A DNA stretch of 58,721 nucleotides. Origin: a bacterium (lineage in GTDB: Bacteria > Desulfobacterota > Binatia > UBA12015). The position numbers and the translations under genes are program-made. Of this stretch, positions 36,030 through 45,332 are shown in pieces. Each line of letters starts with the position of its first letter. Position 1 is the stretch's first letter. Below the pieces are notes generated by a model, which had not been told where the DNA came from, made no database searches, and was given only the letters and a program-made list of their open reading frames with translations. Where the stretch lies: positions 1 to 58,721 of the forward strand of contig JAUIFY010000003.1 in assembly GCA_030430245.1 (NCBI GenBank), given 5' to 3'.

Positions 36030-37646
36030 TCAGCTCTTCTCGATGCGCGGATAGCCGCCGGCGGCGGCTCGCGCGAGGAACTGGGCGTACCGCGGCGCGC
36101 CGCCGAAGTAGGCCTGGTACCGGACGCGTCCGGCCCCATGGCCGGCGACGTTCGCGTTGTAACCGGTGAACCAGCCGCGGCTGCGTCGCAGGAGGAGCCC
36201 CTCGTGGATGCGCTTCACTTCTTCGACCCAGTCGCGCTCGGCCTCGGCGTGCACTTCCAGCCGCGTGTGTCCGTGCTCGTACGCGAATGCGAGCAGGGCG
36301 GTCACCCAGTCGACGCCGCCTTCGATCGCGCGGGGGAAGTTCGTGGAGCCCGACACGCTCTGGGGGCCCGCGACCATGAGCATGTTCGGAAACCCGTGGG
36401 TGAGCAGGCCGAGATACGTACTCGGGCCGTCCCTCCATTTGTCGCTCAGAAGCCGGCCCTCGGTCCCCCGGATCCGAATCCGGTCGAAGGCCCCGGTGAT
36501 CGCATCGAAGCCCGTGGCGAGGACGATCAGGTCGAGATCGTGGTGTGCCACGGAGGTCTGAATGCCGTTGCTCGTGAAGCGCTCGATGGGGGTCTCGCGG
36601 AGATCCACGAGGTGGACGTCGTCGCGGTTGTAGGCCTCGAAGTAGTGCGTCTCGAGCGGTAGGCGCTGCGTCCCGAATCCGTGATCCTTCGGGATCAGCT
36701 TCTCCGCGACGGCCGGATCGTTCACGCGCCGGCGGATCCGGTCCGCGACGTAGTCGGAGATCTCTCGATTCGCGGCCTCGTCGAAGTAGATCTCGGGGAA
36801 GTTCCCGGCGAGGAGGGCGAAGCCGGGCGTTTCGTAGAGTCGGTCCCAGAGCGCGACCCTCTCCTCGCGCGACACGTTCCAGAAGCCCCGGCGGTCCGCC
36901 AGGTGCTCGAAGCCGCCGGCGGTCGAGGCGCAGTTGGCGAAGATCTCGTCGTAGCGGGCCCGGATCCCGTCCATCTCGGCTTCGGAGATCGGAGCGTTGT
37001 TGAGCGGCGTACTCCAGTTCGGTCGCCGTTGGAACACCGTGAGGTCCGCGACCTGGCCGGCGATCTCCGCGATGACCTGGATGCCCGTCGCGCCGGTCCC
37101 GATGACCCCGGCTCGGCGTCCGGCGAGCGGAACGGGCTCCTTCGGCCACCAGTAGGTGTGGAAGGCGTCGCCTTCGAAGTCGTCGAGTCCCTCGTACTCG
37201 GGGAGCGCCGGGATCGAGAGGACGCCGACGCTGGTCACCACGAACCGCGCGGTCCGCGTCTCTCCCCCCTGAAGGTGGAGATGCCACCGCCGCCCTTCCT
37301 CGTCCCAGGACATGCCGACGACACGGGCGCCGAAGCGCATGTGCCGACGCAGGTCGAACTTGTCCGCCACGTAGTTCAGGTAGCGCAGGTTCTCGGGCTG
37401 CGGGGAGAAGCGCTCCTTCCAGTGCCATTCGTCGAGGAGCTCCTTCGAGAAGGAGTAGCCGTACGTGTAGCTCTCGGAATCGAAGCGCGCGCCGGGATAG
37501 CGGTTCCGGTACCAGGTGCCCCCCAGGTCCTCGTCCGCCTCGAGAACGATCGCGTCGAGCCCCAGATCGGTGAGACGTTTGATCTGGTAGATGCCGCTCA
37601 CGCCGGCACCGAGGACCACGACGTCGTTGTGCTGCGAATCGGTCAT
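36030..37646 (-). CDS. Baeyer-Villiger monooxygenase (type I, FAD/NADPH-dependent)
   Basis: Two Rossmann motifs GAGVSG and GTGATG. BVMO fingerprint FEGDAFHTYWWP (FxGxxxHxxxWP). Confidence 0.9.
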   Translation of the reverse strand: MTDSQHNDVVVLGAGVSGIYQIKRLTDLGLDAIVLEADEDLGGTWYRNRYPGARFDSESYTYGYSFSKELLDEWHWKERFSPQPENLRYLNYVADKFDLRRHMRFGARVVGMSWDEEGRRWHLHLQGGETRTARFVVTSVGVLSIPALPEYEGLDDFEGDAFHTYWWPKEPVPLAGRRAGVIGTGATGIQVIAEIAGQVADLTVFQRRPNWSTPLNNAPISEAEMDGIRARYDEIFANCASTAGGFEHLADRRGFWNVSREERVALWDRLYETPGFALLAGNFPEIYFDEAANREISDYVADRIRRRVNDPAVAEKLIPKDHGFGTQRLPLETHYFEAYNRDDVHLVDLRETPIERFTSNGIQTSVAHHDLDLIVLATGFDAITGAFDRIRIRGTEGRLLSDKWRDGPSTYLGLLTHGFPNMLMVAGPQSVSGSTNFPRAIEGGVDWVTALLAFAYEHGHTRLEVHAEAERDWVEEVKRIHEGLLLRRSRGWFTGYNANVAGHGAGRVRYQAYFGGAPRYAQFLARAAAGGYPRIEKS

Positions 37647-37739
37647 TCCGAGTTCCGGAAGCGGAGCGTCTCTCGCTCGCGGAGGCGGTCCGCGACGACG
37701 ACCGACGCTCGCCCAGCCGTCGGAGAGTGGAGTTCCCTT

Positions 37740-38273
37740 CTACGGAACGGAGTAGACGAGCTTCGGCCAGATCGCGAGGCCGGTTCCGACCTCGGTGACT
37801 CCTTCGCCGAGGGCTTCGGCCGCCGCCGCCGCGAAAGCGCTGCGGAGGACCATCGGGCCGCCCCCGGAGATGCCCTCGAGGCTCCCGGTCCCGCCGTTCA
37901 GGGTGAACTCGCCCGTGCAGCCAACGAGGTGCGCCCCTTCGCACGTCCACTTCGCGAACGCCTGGTCGCCGCCCAGCGTCGTGATCACGCACCGGCCATC
38001 GCCCTTCTGGGACATGTCCTTCAGGCTCAGCTGCATCGTGCCCGGGCATACGATGCGTGCGGCATCGAGCGAGCCCTCCTGGCTCTGTACGAAGAGCGTC
38101 CCGTTGAAGCCGCCGACGAAGTAGGCCTCCTCCGGACCGCTGCGAACGAACTGGCCGGCCGCTTCCCACGCGGCCAGGGCGACGACCTCGCCTTTCTCGG
38201 CGGCGTCGGTCCGGAGGGCCGAGCCGGCGATGCACGCGATGGCGACGAGGGCGATGCAAGCGAATTTGTTCAA
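37740..38273 (-). CDS. Secreted hypothetical protein
   Basis: TTG start with AGGAGG 7 nt upstream. Signal-like NKFACIALVAIACIAGSALRTDAA. No family recognised. Confidence 0.6.
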   Translation of the reverse strand: MNKFACIALVAIACIAGSALRTDAAEKGEVVALAAWEAAGQFVRSGPEEAYFVGGFNGTLFVQSQEGSLDAARIVCPGTMQLSLKDMSQKGDGRCVITTLGGDQAFAKWTCEGAHLVGCTGEFTLNGGTGSLEGISGGGPMVLRSAFAAAAAEALGEGVTEVGTGLAIWPKLVYSVP

Positions 38274-38355
38274 CGAAGGACCTCCTGTATAGGCTTCGAG
38301 CTGCGGCGATCTTCTTCGGCCGCGAAGGGGCTGTCAAATGCACGAGGGAGCAGGG

Positions 38356-38790
38356 ATGAAGCGTTGCGTCTGTTCGGCGGTTGCCATCGTACTTCTGTTC
38401 TCGCCGGGAGGCGCGCCTGCGCAACAGCCGTACGTGTATCCCGCGAAGGGGCAGAGCGCGGAGCAGATGTCCAAGGACCAGTACGAGTGCCACCAGTGGG
38501 CCGTCAGCAGCTCCGGCTACGATCCGAACGCGGCGTCGGGCTCGGCACCCCGGCAACGGGGCCTCGTCGGGGGCGCCGCGCGCGGTGCGGCTCTCGGTGC
38601 GATCGGTGGCGCCATCGCCGGGGATGCCGGAACCGGCGCGGCCGCCGGCGCCGCCGTGGGTGCGGCCGGGCGACTGCTTGGCAATCGGCGTCGGCGGGTC
38701 GAGTACGATCATGCGAAGGGAGCGGCGGACCAGTCGTTTTCGCGTGCCTACGCCGCCTGTCTCGAGGGGCGCGGCTACACGGTCAAGTAG
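38356..38790 (+). CDS. Glycine-zipper containing small secreted/membrane protein
   Basis: MKRCVCSAVAIVLLFSPGGAPAQQ signal. GGAARGAALGAIGGAIAGDAGTGAAAGAAVGAAG glycine zipper. Confidence 0.65.
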   Translation: MKRCVCSAVAIVLLFSPGGAPAQQPYVYPAKGQSAEQMSKDQYECHQWAVSSSGYDPNAASGSAPRQRGLVGGAARGAALGAIGGAIAGDAGTGAAAGAAVGAAGRLLGNRRRRVEYDHAKGAADQSFSRAYAACLEGRGYTVK

Positions 38791-38834
38791 CCGGGCGGGA
38801 GGTCCCGGACCTCGATGGCTCGGTCCGCACAGGG

Positions 38835-41318
38835 ATGGCATACATCGGTTCGATGTGGATCGTGCCGCGCCTCCTCGGGGCACTTCTCTCGCTGCTCCTG
38901 CTCCTCTCGTCGGCCTGTGGCGATGGCGCGTCGGGCCCGTCGGAGCGTCCGGTCGCGGGGGGCACGGCGCTCTTGACCCTGCTGCCCGCCAGCACGCGCG
39001 CGGTCCTCGCGGTCGACGTCGAGGCCCTGCGGGCGGAAGGGCCCCGGGGAGGCGTCGGCGCGGTCCTCGACGCGGCGGGCTCGGACGCCGCCCTCGCGGT
39101 GCCCGCCCGCCTGATCCGTCGGTACACCTTGGGGGCCGATCTCGCGGCCACGATGCGCGAGCTCGTCCTCGCGCAGGTCTCGCGCGGCCGGGACGGGTTC
39201 CTGCTGGTCGCCGAGCCGCGGGTCGAACGGCTCGCGGACGTGTTCGGTGGGGTTCGGCTGACGGAGGCCGGCGCGTATCGGGCGCGGACGATCTACGATG
39301 CCGGCGGGTCCGGCCTGCACGTGGTCCGTCTCGCGGATGGCAGGGTCCTCGTCGGCGGCGGGGCCGGCGTTCGCGCGGCGATCGACACCCTCGACGGTGA
39401 AGACGGGGGCGTCGGTGCCGGTCCGATGGGCCCCTTTCTCTCGCATCTCGACGGCGCGGATCCCATCAGGTTCGTGGTCGGACTCCCCGCGCTCGACCGC
39501 GAGGTGGCGCCACGTGGCCCCGGAGCGGCAACCCTCGCTCGGGCGCGCGCGGTGAGCGGCACGGTTCTCCTCGACGGCGACTCGTTCGAGGGGCGGGTTC
39601 GCATCCACACCGACAATGCCGGCGAGTACGTCGCTCGCTTCAACGAGCTCGTCGCTGACAGCGGGACGATGCCTCTCTCACTGGGAGACGACGGTGCGAT
39701 CCACGTGGAGGTCCCAGGGTGGGAGCTCGCGCGGAGCCCGAGCGAGGCCCTTTCCGCGCGCACGTTTCTCAAGGCGCTCGTGCACGGCATGGACGCCGTC
39801 GACTACGCCGAGGGCGTCTTTCACGGGGGCAACGTGCCGTGGATGAACTTCGACGTCGGTGGAGACCCCAACTCGATCTTCATCAATTTCGAGTTCGAGA
39901 GCGAAGAACAGATCCGCGCATTCGAGGCGAACGAGCTGCCCGCAGGATTCCGCCTCGCGCCTCTCCGCATTCTGGACACCGATGAGCCGACGTACTTCCT
40001 CGTTCTCAACGTCTACAACTCCTCGGGCGGACTGGTCGAAGGAGCGCGCGCAGAGTGGTCCGTCTTCGTGGAGGATCCGGTCGATGGTCATCCCCGCTTC
40101 CTCGTGGTGCAGGCGGCCGCCGAGAACGTCTCGGCCGATCCGGTGAACCTGATCACGGCCCCGGAGCCGGTCTCGCACGTCTTCCAGGAGGAGGGCATCG
40201 TGAGCTATGTCGGGGTCGAAGACCCGGAGGGCGGAGGAGAGCGGCCCTACTTCTCGTCGAGGATCGTCTGGCCGCAGAACCCGGAGGTGCGCGTCGGGTT
40301 CGCACGGGAGTTCGTCGCTGCAAACGATTTCATCTACTGGGGCCACGGCGTGGCCGATCGCGTTCTCTACAACGCGTCGGTGCACAACCGGCAAGCGGTT
40401 CTCATCCCCGATTCCCAGGTCACACTCGCGGACGACAGTCGGTGGGCCGGGTATGTCGATCCCACGCCGAAGCACACCTACGTCTATCTGAACCCGCTCG
40501 AGATCGTGATCTCGCCGTGGTGGAATCTCGATGCCGAATATCTCGACCTCACCCCGGAGCATCGGCGAACGCTGATCGAGTTCAAGGATAATTTCTATCC
40601 AGCCGCGGTCCTCGGCATCGCCGAGGCCGCCGTCGCCGGACGGGGCGATGCGCTCGCCGAGTTCACCGTCGGCGCATCGACGCCGTCGGTGGACTACGAC
40701 TTCGAGGTCACCGACCCGGCGGGCCTGGAGGAGGCGCTCGGGTTGCCCCCCGAGACGCGCCTTGCCGCACTGCGGCTGCTCGAGGGCGAGGACGAGCCGA
40801 GGCACTACCTGTCGCTCCGCGTCTACGAGGTCGATGGGAGGTGGCGCAGCGCCGAGTGGACCGTGTTCGTGACCGGGGAAGACGGTCGGCCGCACGCGCA
40901 GATCGTGGATCTGCTCTCGGAGGAGGCGAGGTTCGACCCGGAGCTCCTCCTGCGGCTGGCGAGCGTCGTCGAACACGACTCGGCGAACGGCCGTATCCGC
41001 ACGACCCTCGCATCCGAATCGGTCGCCTTCGAAGCCGAGTTCGATGCGACGAACACGCGGAGTGCGCTCCCGACCCTCGACTCCATCGAGGCGGGCGACC
41101 GGGTCTGCCGGCGCAACGGAGTCTGCGACAAGGTCTTCTACGACGGCAAGACGATGGAGGAGCCCGTTGGCGTGGTCGACCCCGACGCCGTCGACGTCAC
41201 GCGCTTCGAGACGCCGTGGAACGCGTTCGTGTCGACTCGCCCCGCGAGCGTCCTGGTGCGCTCCGGCGTCCGGCGATTCGCCTGGAACCCGTGGCGCGAC
41301 CTCGGGCCGGCACGCTGA
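38835..41318 (+). CDS. Large lipoprotein of unknown function with internally duplicated domain
   Basis: Lipobox LLLLSSAC after MAYIGSMWIVPRLLGALLSL. Two homologous modules lie at about 39921-40280 and 40729-41045. The track ORF's 718 upstream codons are out-of-frame overlap with other genes. Confidence 0.7.
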   Translation: MAYIGSMWIVPRLLGALLSLLLLLSSACGDGASGPSERPVAGGTALLTLLPASTRAVLAVDVEALRAEGPRGGVGAVLDAAGSDAALAVPARLIRRYTLGADLAATMRELVLAQVSRGRDGFLLVAEPRVERLADVFGGVRLTEAGAYRARTIYDAGGSGLHVVRLADGRVLVGGGAGVRAAIDTLDGEDGGVGAGPMGPFLSHLDGADPIRFVVGLPALDREVAPRGPGAATLARARAVSGTVLLDGDSFEGRVRIHTDNAGEYVARFNELVADSGTMPLSLGDDGAIHVEVPGWELARSPSEALSARTFLKALVHGMDAVDYAEGVFHGGNVPWMNFDVGGDPNSIFINFEFESEEQIRAFEANELPAGFRLAPLRILDTDEPTYFLVLNVYNSSGGLVEGARAEWSVFVEDPVDGHPRFLVVQAAAENVSADPVNLITAPEPVSHVFQEEGIVSYVGVEDPEGGGERPYFSSRIVWPQNPEVRVGFAREFVAANDFIYWGHGVADRVLYNASVHNRQAVLIPDSQVTLADDSRWAGYVDPTPKHTYVYLNPLEIVISPWWNLDAEYLDLTPEHRRTLIEFKDNFYPAAVLGIAEAAVAGRGDALAEFTVGASTPSVDYDFEVTDPAGLEEALGLPPETRLAALRLLEGEDEPRHYLSLRVYEVDGRWRSAEWTVFVTGEDGRPHAQIVDLLSEEARFDPELLLRLASVVEHDSANGRIRTTLASESVAFEAEFDATNTRSALPTLDSIEAGDRVCRRNGVCDKVFYDGKTMEEPVGVVDPDAVDVTRFETPWNAFVSTRPASVLVRSGVRRFAWNPWRDLGPAR

Positions 41319-41532
41319 CGCCGCTCGGCCGCAAACCGAACGGTCGCGCGCCGACGACTCCCGGCCGACGCATGCGCGATCATCCGGCCCAATCCGTCGC
41401 CGGCCTGCTCGGGCCCGGGAGTGCCGCCACGCCGGCCGTCGGGACGGCTTGCTCCTGGATGGGGCGCGACCGGCCGCACGTCGTGTTCGGTGGCCGCCGA
41501 GGCGCGGCCTCCTCCGGGTGTTCGGGGATGGC

Positions 41533-42936
41533 CTACTCGAGCTCCGTGCGGAGGTGGAACGACTTCGGTCGGGTCAGGACTTCGTAGCCGAGTCGCGACA
41601 GCGTGACCCCGCGTCCGGAGTCCTTGACGCCGGTCCACGCGAGGCCCGGGTCGAGGTAGTCGCAGCGGTTCAGGAAGAAGGTGCCCGTCTCGATCTGTCG
41701 GCCGATCGCGACGGCCGCGTCGCGGTCCCGGGTGAACACGGCCGCCGTGAGGCCGAAGTCGCTGTCGTTCATCAGCCGGATCGCCTCGGCGTCGTCCCGG
41801 ACCGGCATCACGCCCAGGACCGGCCCGAAGCTCTCTTCGCGCATCACGCGCATGTCGTGCGTGACGTCGATGAGCAGCTGGGGCGCACAGTACGCGCTGC
41901 CCGGGACGGCCCGTTCGAACGCCGAGGCGTCGATGAGGGGGCGGGCGCCGGCACGCACCGCGTCTGCGGTCTGCTCGCGAACGAAGTCCGCGGCCGACGG
42001 GCGGACCATCGGTCCGAGGGTCGTGGCTTCCTCGCGGGGGTCTCCGAGCACGTAGGCCTGCACGAGCGATCGCGCGGCGTCGACGTACTCGTCGAGGCGC
42101 GATGCGTGCACGTAGACGCGCTCGATGCCGCAGCACGACTGTCCCGAGTTGAAGAAGGCACCGTCGACCGTCGTCTCGACCGCGTGCGCGAGGTCGGCGT
42201 CTCGGCGAACGTACGCAGGGTCCTTGCCGCCGAGCTCGAGCCCGATCCCGATGAATCGTTCGCTCGCGGCACGCTGCACGGCGCGGCCCCCCGGGACCGA
42301 GCCCGTGAACGCGACGAAGTCGACCCGGGGATCCGCCACCGCTGCGAGAGCGCCCTCGTGGCTCAGGTGGAGGTGCGTGAGCAGGCCTCGGGGCAGGCCC
42401 GCCGACTCGAACGCCCCGCTGAGACGTTCCGCGCAGAGCGGCGTCTGGGACGAGTGCTTGAGCACGACCGTGTTCCCCGCGGCGAGGGCCGGCACGATCG
42501 CGTTGACAGCCGTGAGGTAGGGGTAATTCCAGGGCGCGATCACGAGCACGACGCCGAGAGGGTCGCGTTGGATGAACCGCTCGAACCCGGGCTTGGGCTC
42601 GAGGACGATGGGCTCGAGCGCTTCCGGGGCCAGTCGCAGCATCTCTCTCGCGCGTTCCGCGAAGCCGCCGACCTCGCCGGGCGTGTACGCGATCGGCCGG
42701 CCCATCTGATGGGTCAGCTCGGCGGCGATGTCGTCGCGCTGGGCGACGAAGGCGTCGACCGCCTTGCCGAGAAGTGCACAGCGGGCGTCCAGCGGCGTCG
42801 CGCGCCACTCTCGTTGCGCCTCCCGAGCGAGGACGAGGGTGCGATCGACCAGGCTCGCGTCGGCGAGCGATCGCTCGACGTAGAGCTGTCCGTCGATGGG
42901 AGAGATGCAGCGCAGCGAGCCGGATTGGGAAGACAT
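41533..42936 (-). CDS. NAD(P)-dependent aldehyde dehydrogenase
   Basis: ATG at 42936 (MSSQSGSLRCISPIDG). Motifs ELGGKDP, FFNSGQSCCGIERVYV (catalytic Cys) and EESFGPV. Confidence 0.9.
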   Translation of the reverse strand: MSSQSGSLRCISPIDGQLYVERSLADASLVDRTLVLAREAQREWRATPLDARCALLGKAVDAFVAQRDDIAAELTHQMGRPIAYTPGEVGGFAERAREMLRLAPEALEPIVLEPKPGFERFIQRDPLGVVLVIAPWNYPYLTAVNAIVPALAAGNTVVLKHSSQTPLCAERLSGAFESAGLPRGLLTHLHLSHEGALAAVADPRVDFVAFTGSVPGGRAVQRAASERFIGIGLELGGKDPAYVRRDADLAHAVETTVDGAFFNSGQSCCGIERVYVHASRLDEYVDAARSLVQAYVLGDPREEATTLGPMVRPSAADFVREQTADAVRAGARPLIDASAFERAVPGSAYCAPQLLIDVTHDMRVMREESFGPVLGVMPVRDDAEAIRLMNDSDFGLTAAVFTRDRDAAVAIGRQIETGTFFLNRCDYLDPGLAWTGVKDSGRGVTLSRLGYEVLTRPKSFHLRTELE

Positions 42937-43028
42937 GACCCATGAGGATCGCTCGGAATCGAGGCGGCGTAAAGCCGCGCGAAAAACGTCCATGGCCTGC
43001 CCGGGGCGCCCTGGCTAGACTCGAACGC

Positions 43029-44834
43029 GTGTGTCGAGTGCTCCTGACGTTCCTGCTCCTCGGTCTGGCGAGCGGTGAGGTCGCGATGGCCGCCTATCGC
43101 GATCTCGCGGCCTGCCCCGACCTCACGGCGTCGACGCCGACGCTCCCGTCGTCGGCTGCGGCTCGCCGCTGCGTTGCCGCGGCCAACGGTGCCGGCCGAC
43201 GCTACGTTCGCAGTCTTCTTCGGACCCACGGGTCGTGCGCAGCGAGGATTCAGGACGGTCGCGTCGCGGGCCCCTTCGACGAGTCGTGTCTCGAGAGGAT
43301 CGAGCTCTCCCGGCTCGTCGTCCACGCGCCTTCGGATCCCACGACCGCGAGACGCCTCGGTGCGGCCCGGACGCGCCTGCTGCGCGAGATCGCCTCCTCG
43401 TGTCCGGAGGAAGCCGTGGCGGAGATCGGGCTGTGTGGCCCCACCGGACACGAGTTCGCCGAATGCGTGCTCGCGGATCACCGAGAGCACGTGCAGCATC
43501 TCCTGGAGCCGGTCTTCGGAGAGCTGCCGATCGCGGACCGCCAGGCACGACGATGCCAACGGGCCATCGCGCGAGCCGGAAGGGAGTTCGTGAGCGTCGC
43601 CCTGCGCGTGCGCGCTTCCTGCGTCGCGGGCGACCCGGACGCGGTGGGTCATGCCGATCGATGTCTCGGCTCGGTGGAGGGTGGAGCCTTCCTTCCGCCG
43701 GAGGATCCACGTACGGCTGCGCGTCTGGACGCGGCGGAGGCGCGACTCGAGGCACGCATCGCGCGCGCGTGCTCTGCGGCGGATCTCGCCGAGCTCGATA
43801 CGTGCGGCGGGTCGGTCGACGAGGTCGCCGCGTGCGTCGCCTGCTCCCATCGCCGCGAGGCGCTGCTCCTGCTTCAGGCCGAGTGGAACGGCGAGCCCGA
43901 TCGGCCGACCACGCACTTCATCGATTGGGCGTCGCTACGAAACCCGATCCTGCAGCGTGACGATCGCATGCTCAAGAACCAGTCGATCGTCTTTCACGAT
44001 GGGTGGTTCTGGGTCTTCACCGGACAGAGGTTCGAGCCCGACTTCGGAGGCGATCGCCGGCAGTGGATCTTCCGGACGCGGGACTTCCTCGACTACGAGC
44101 TGTTCCGCGATCCGGATCTGCCCTCGTACTTCGGCGACGTAGGGCGAATCGGCGACACGTGGCACCTCACGACCAACGGCAACGGCCCGTCCGGTCGTCT
44201 CGAGGTTCTCATGGCGACTTCGCCCGACCTGGTCGACTGGACCCCCAAGAGCTCCATCACACCGTTCCTGTGGCCGGTTCCGGTGATCGACGGCGCGCTG
44301 ACGAAGCGCGACGGCTACCATTTCACGATCTGGAAGGATCGGGTGCAGCAGATCCCCTACGTCACGCGGTCGGTCGACCCGGAGCTCGACGGACGCTGGC
44401 TCCCGCCCGTCGCCGCCCAAGCGGACGGCTTCGCGGAAGCGCTCCACTTTCTCGAGATCGACGGTGTGCAGAGAATCGTCGCGACCGCGCGCGACCCGGA
44501 CGCCGATCGCTGTCCGGGCACGCCCTACTTCATCTTCACCTGCGATCACGAGCCCCACCTGTACTCGCTCCCGGCTGCGAGCCACGAGCTCGACTCCTGG
44601 GCGGACTGGGAACGAAAGACGTGGCTCCGGGTACCGTACGAGTCCTGGAACACCATCACGCATGCGAACAGCGGGCACCTCGCCGACTGGCGGGAGCATG
44701 ACGGATTCTTCTACCTGTCCTACTCGGGATCCGACGACGGCGATTCGTTCGAGCTACGCGGCCACGGCAAGCTCGGCCTCGCGCGCTCCCGGGACCTCAT
44801 CCACTGGCGGATCCCCGGGGACCTTCGCGATTGA
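43029..44834 (+). CDS. Secreted protein: duplicated Cys-paired helical module plus C-terminal 5-bladed beta-propeller-like (GH43/GH32-superfamily-like) domain
   Basis: GTG start before the hydrophobic VCRVLLTFLLLGLASGEVAMA. The C-terminal NPILQRDDRM...GWFWVFTG and GLARSRDLIHWR resemble the propeller glycosidase fold. The family assignment is tentative. Confidence 0.6.
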   Translation: MCRVLLTFLLLGLASGEVAMAAYRDLAACPDLTASTPTLPSSAAARRCVAAANGAGRRYVRSLLRTHGSCAARIQDGRVAGPFDESCLERIELSRLVVHAPSDPTTARRLGAARTRLLREIASSCPEEAVAEIGLCGPTGHEFAECVLADHREHVQHLLEPVFGELPIADRQARRCQRAIARAGREFVSVALRVRASCVAGDPDAVGHADRCLGSVEGGAFLPPEDPRTAARLDAAEARLEARIARACSAADLAELDTCGGSVDEVAACVACSHRREALLLLQAEWNGEPDRPTTHFIDWASLRNPILQRDDRMLKNQSIVFHDGWFWVFTGQRFEPDFGGDRRQWIFRTRDFLDYELFRDPDLPSYFGDVGRIGDTWHLTTNGNGPSGRLEVLMATSPDLVDWTPKSSITPFLWPVPVIDGALTKRDGYHFTIWKDRVQQIPYVTRSVDPELDGRWLPPVAAQADGFAEALHFLEIDGVQRIVATARDPDADRCPGTPYFIFTCDHEPHLYSLPAASHELDSWADWERKTWLRVPYESWNTITHANSGHLADWREHDGFFYLSYSGSDDGDSFELRGHGKLGLARSRDLIHWRIPGDLRD

Positions 44835-44948
44835 GGGGGGGACGTTCGTTCCCCCGTCGGGATCGTTCCCTTTCTTCGACGCGGTGCGGCGGGGGCGGGC
44901 TTCTCGAGAGCTTGCAAGGGGCGGCCTTCGCGGGGTTAGGATTCGGCC

Positions 44949-45332
44949 ATGGAGACTCGACCGTACTTCGTCTTCGGCGACCTTCTGGCCAACGCCGCGA
45001 CCGGCGGGTTCGTCGGGCTGGTCTCGTCGCTGGTCTTCGGACCGGCCTGGAACATGATGGTGGCGATGTTCGTCGGAATGGCGATCGGGATGGTGCTCTC
45101 GGGGCCGCCTGCGTTCGGCCTCGGCGCGCTCTTCGGAGCGATGGAGGTGATGGTCCCGGTGATGACGACCGGGATGGTCGCCGGAATGGTCGTGTCGATG
45201 TCGGCCGCCATGGGCGAGGTCACCGTCGCGGAGGGGCTTCGCATGGGTGTGCTCTCCGGGGTCGGCGTGATGGTCGCGACCTACGTTGCCAACGCCGTGA
45301 TCAAGCAGAGGACTCCGAAATGGACATCGTGA
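44949..45332 (+). CDS. Met-rich integral membrane protein (hypothetical)
   Basis: Four hydrophobic segments. I count 15 Met in 127 aa (NMMVAMFVGMAIGMVLSG, GAMEVMVPVMTTGMVAGMVVSMSAAMG). Confidence 0.55.
   Translation: METRPYFVFGDLLANAATGGFVGLVSSLVFGPAWNMMVAMFVGMAIGMVLSGPPAFGLGALFGAMEVMVPVMTTGMVAGMVVSMSAAMGEVTVAEGLRMGVLSGVGVMVATYVANAVIKQRTPKWTS

Noticed and set aside
36681-38834. N-terminal 718 codons of the 1545-aa plus-strand ORF 36681-41318
   Set aside because: This part overlaps the BVMO, the secreted protein and the glycine-zipper genes. The ATG at 38835 is followed directly by a signal peptide with a lipobox, so the real gene starts there.
34504-38883. 1459-aa uninterrupted minus-strand ORF, the longest in the track
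   Set aside because: It runs antisense to pyruvate kinase and out of frame through the BVMO and neighbouring genes. It is Arg/Pro/Gly-rich with no motifs. The overlapped genes all have strong family signatures. This is a typical stop-codon-poor artefact of GC-rich DNA.
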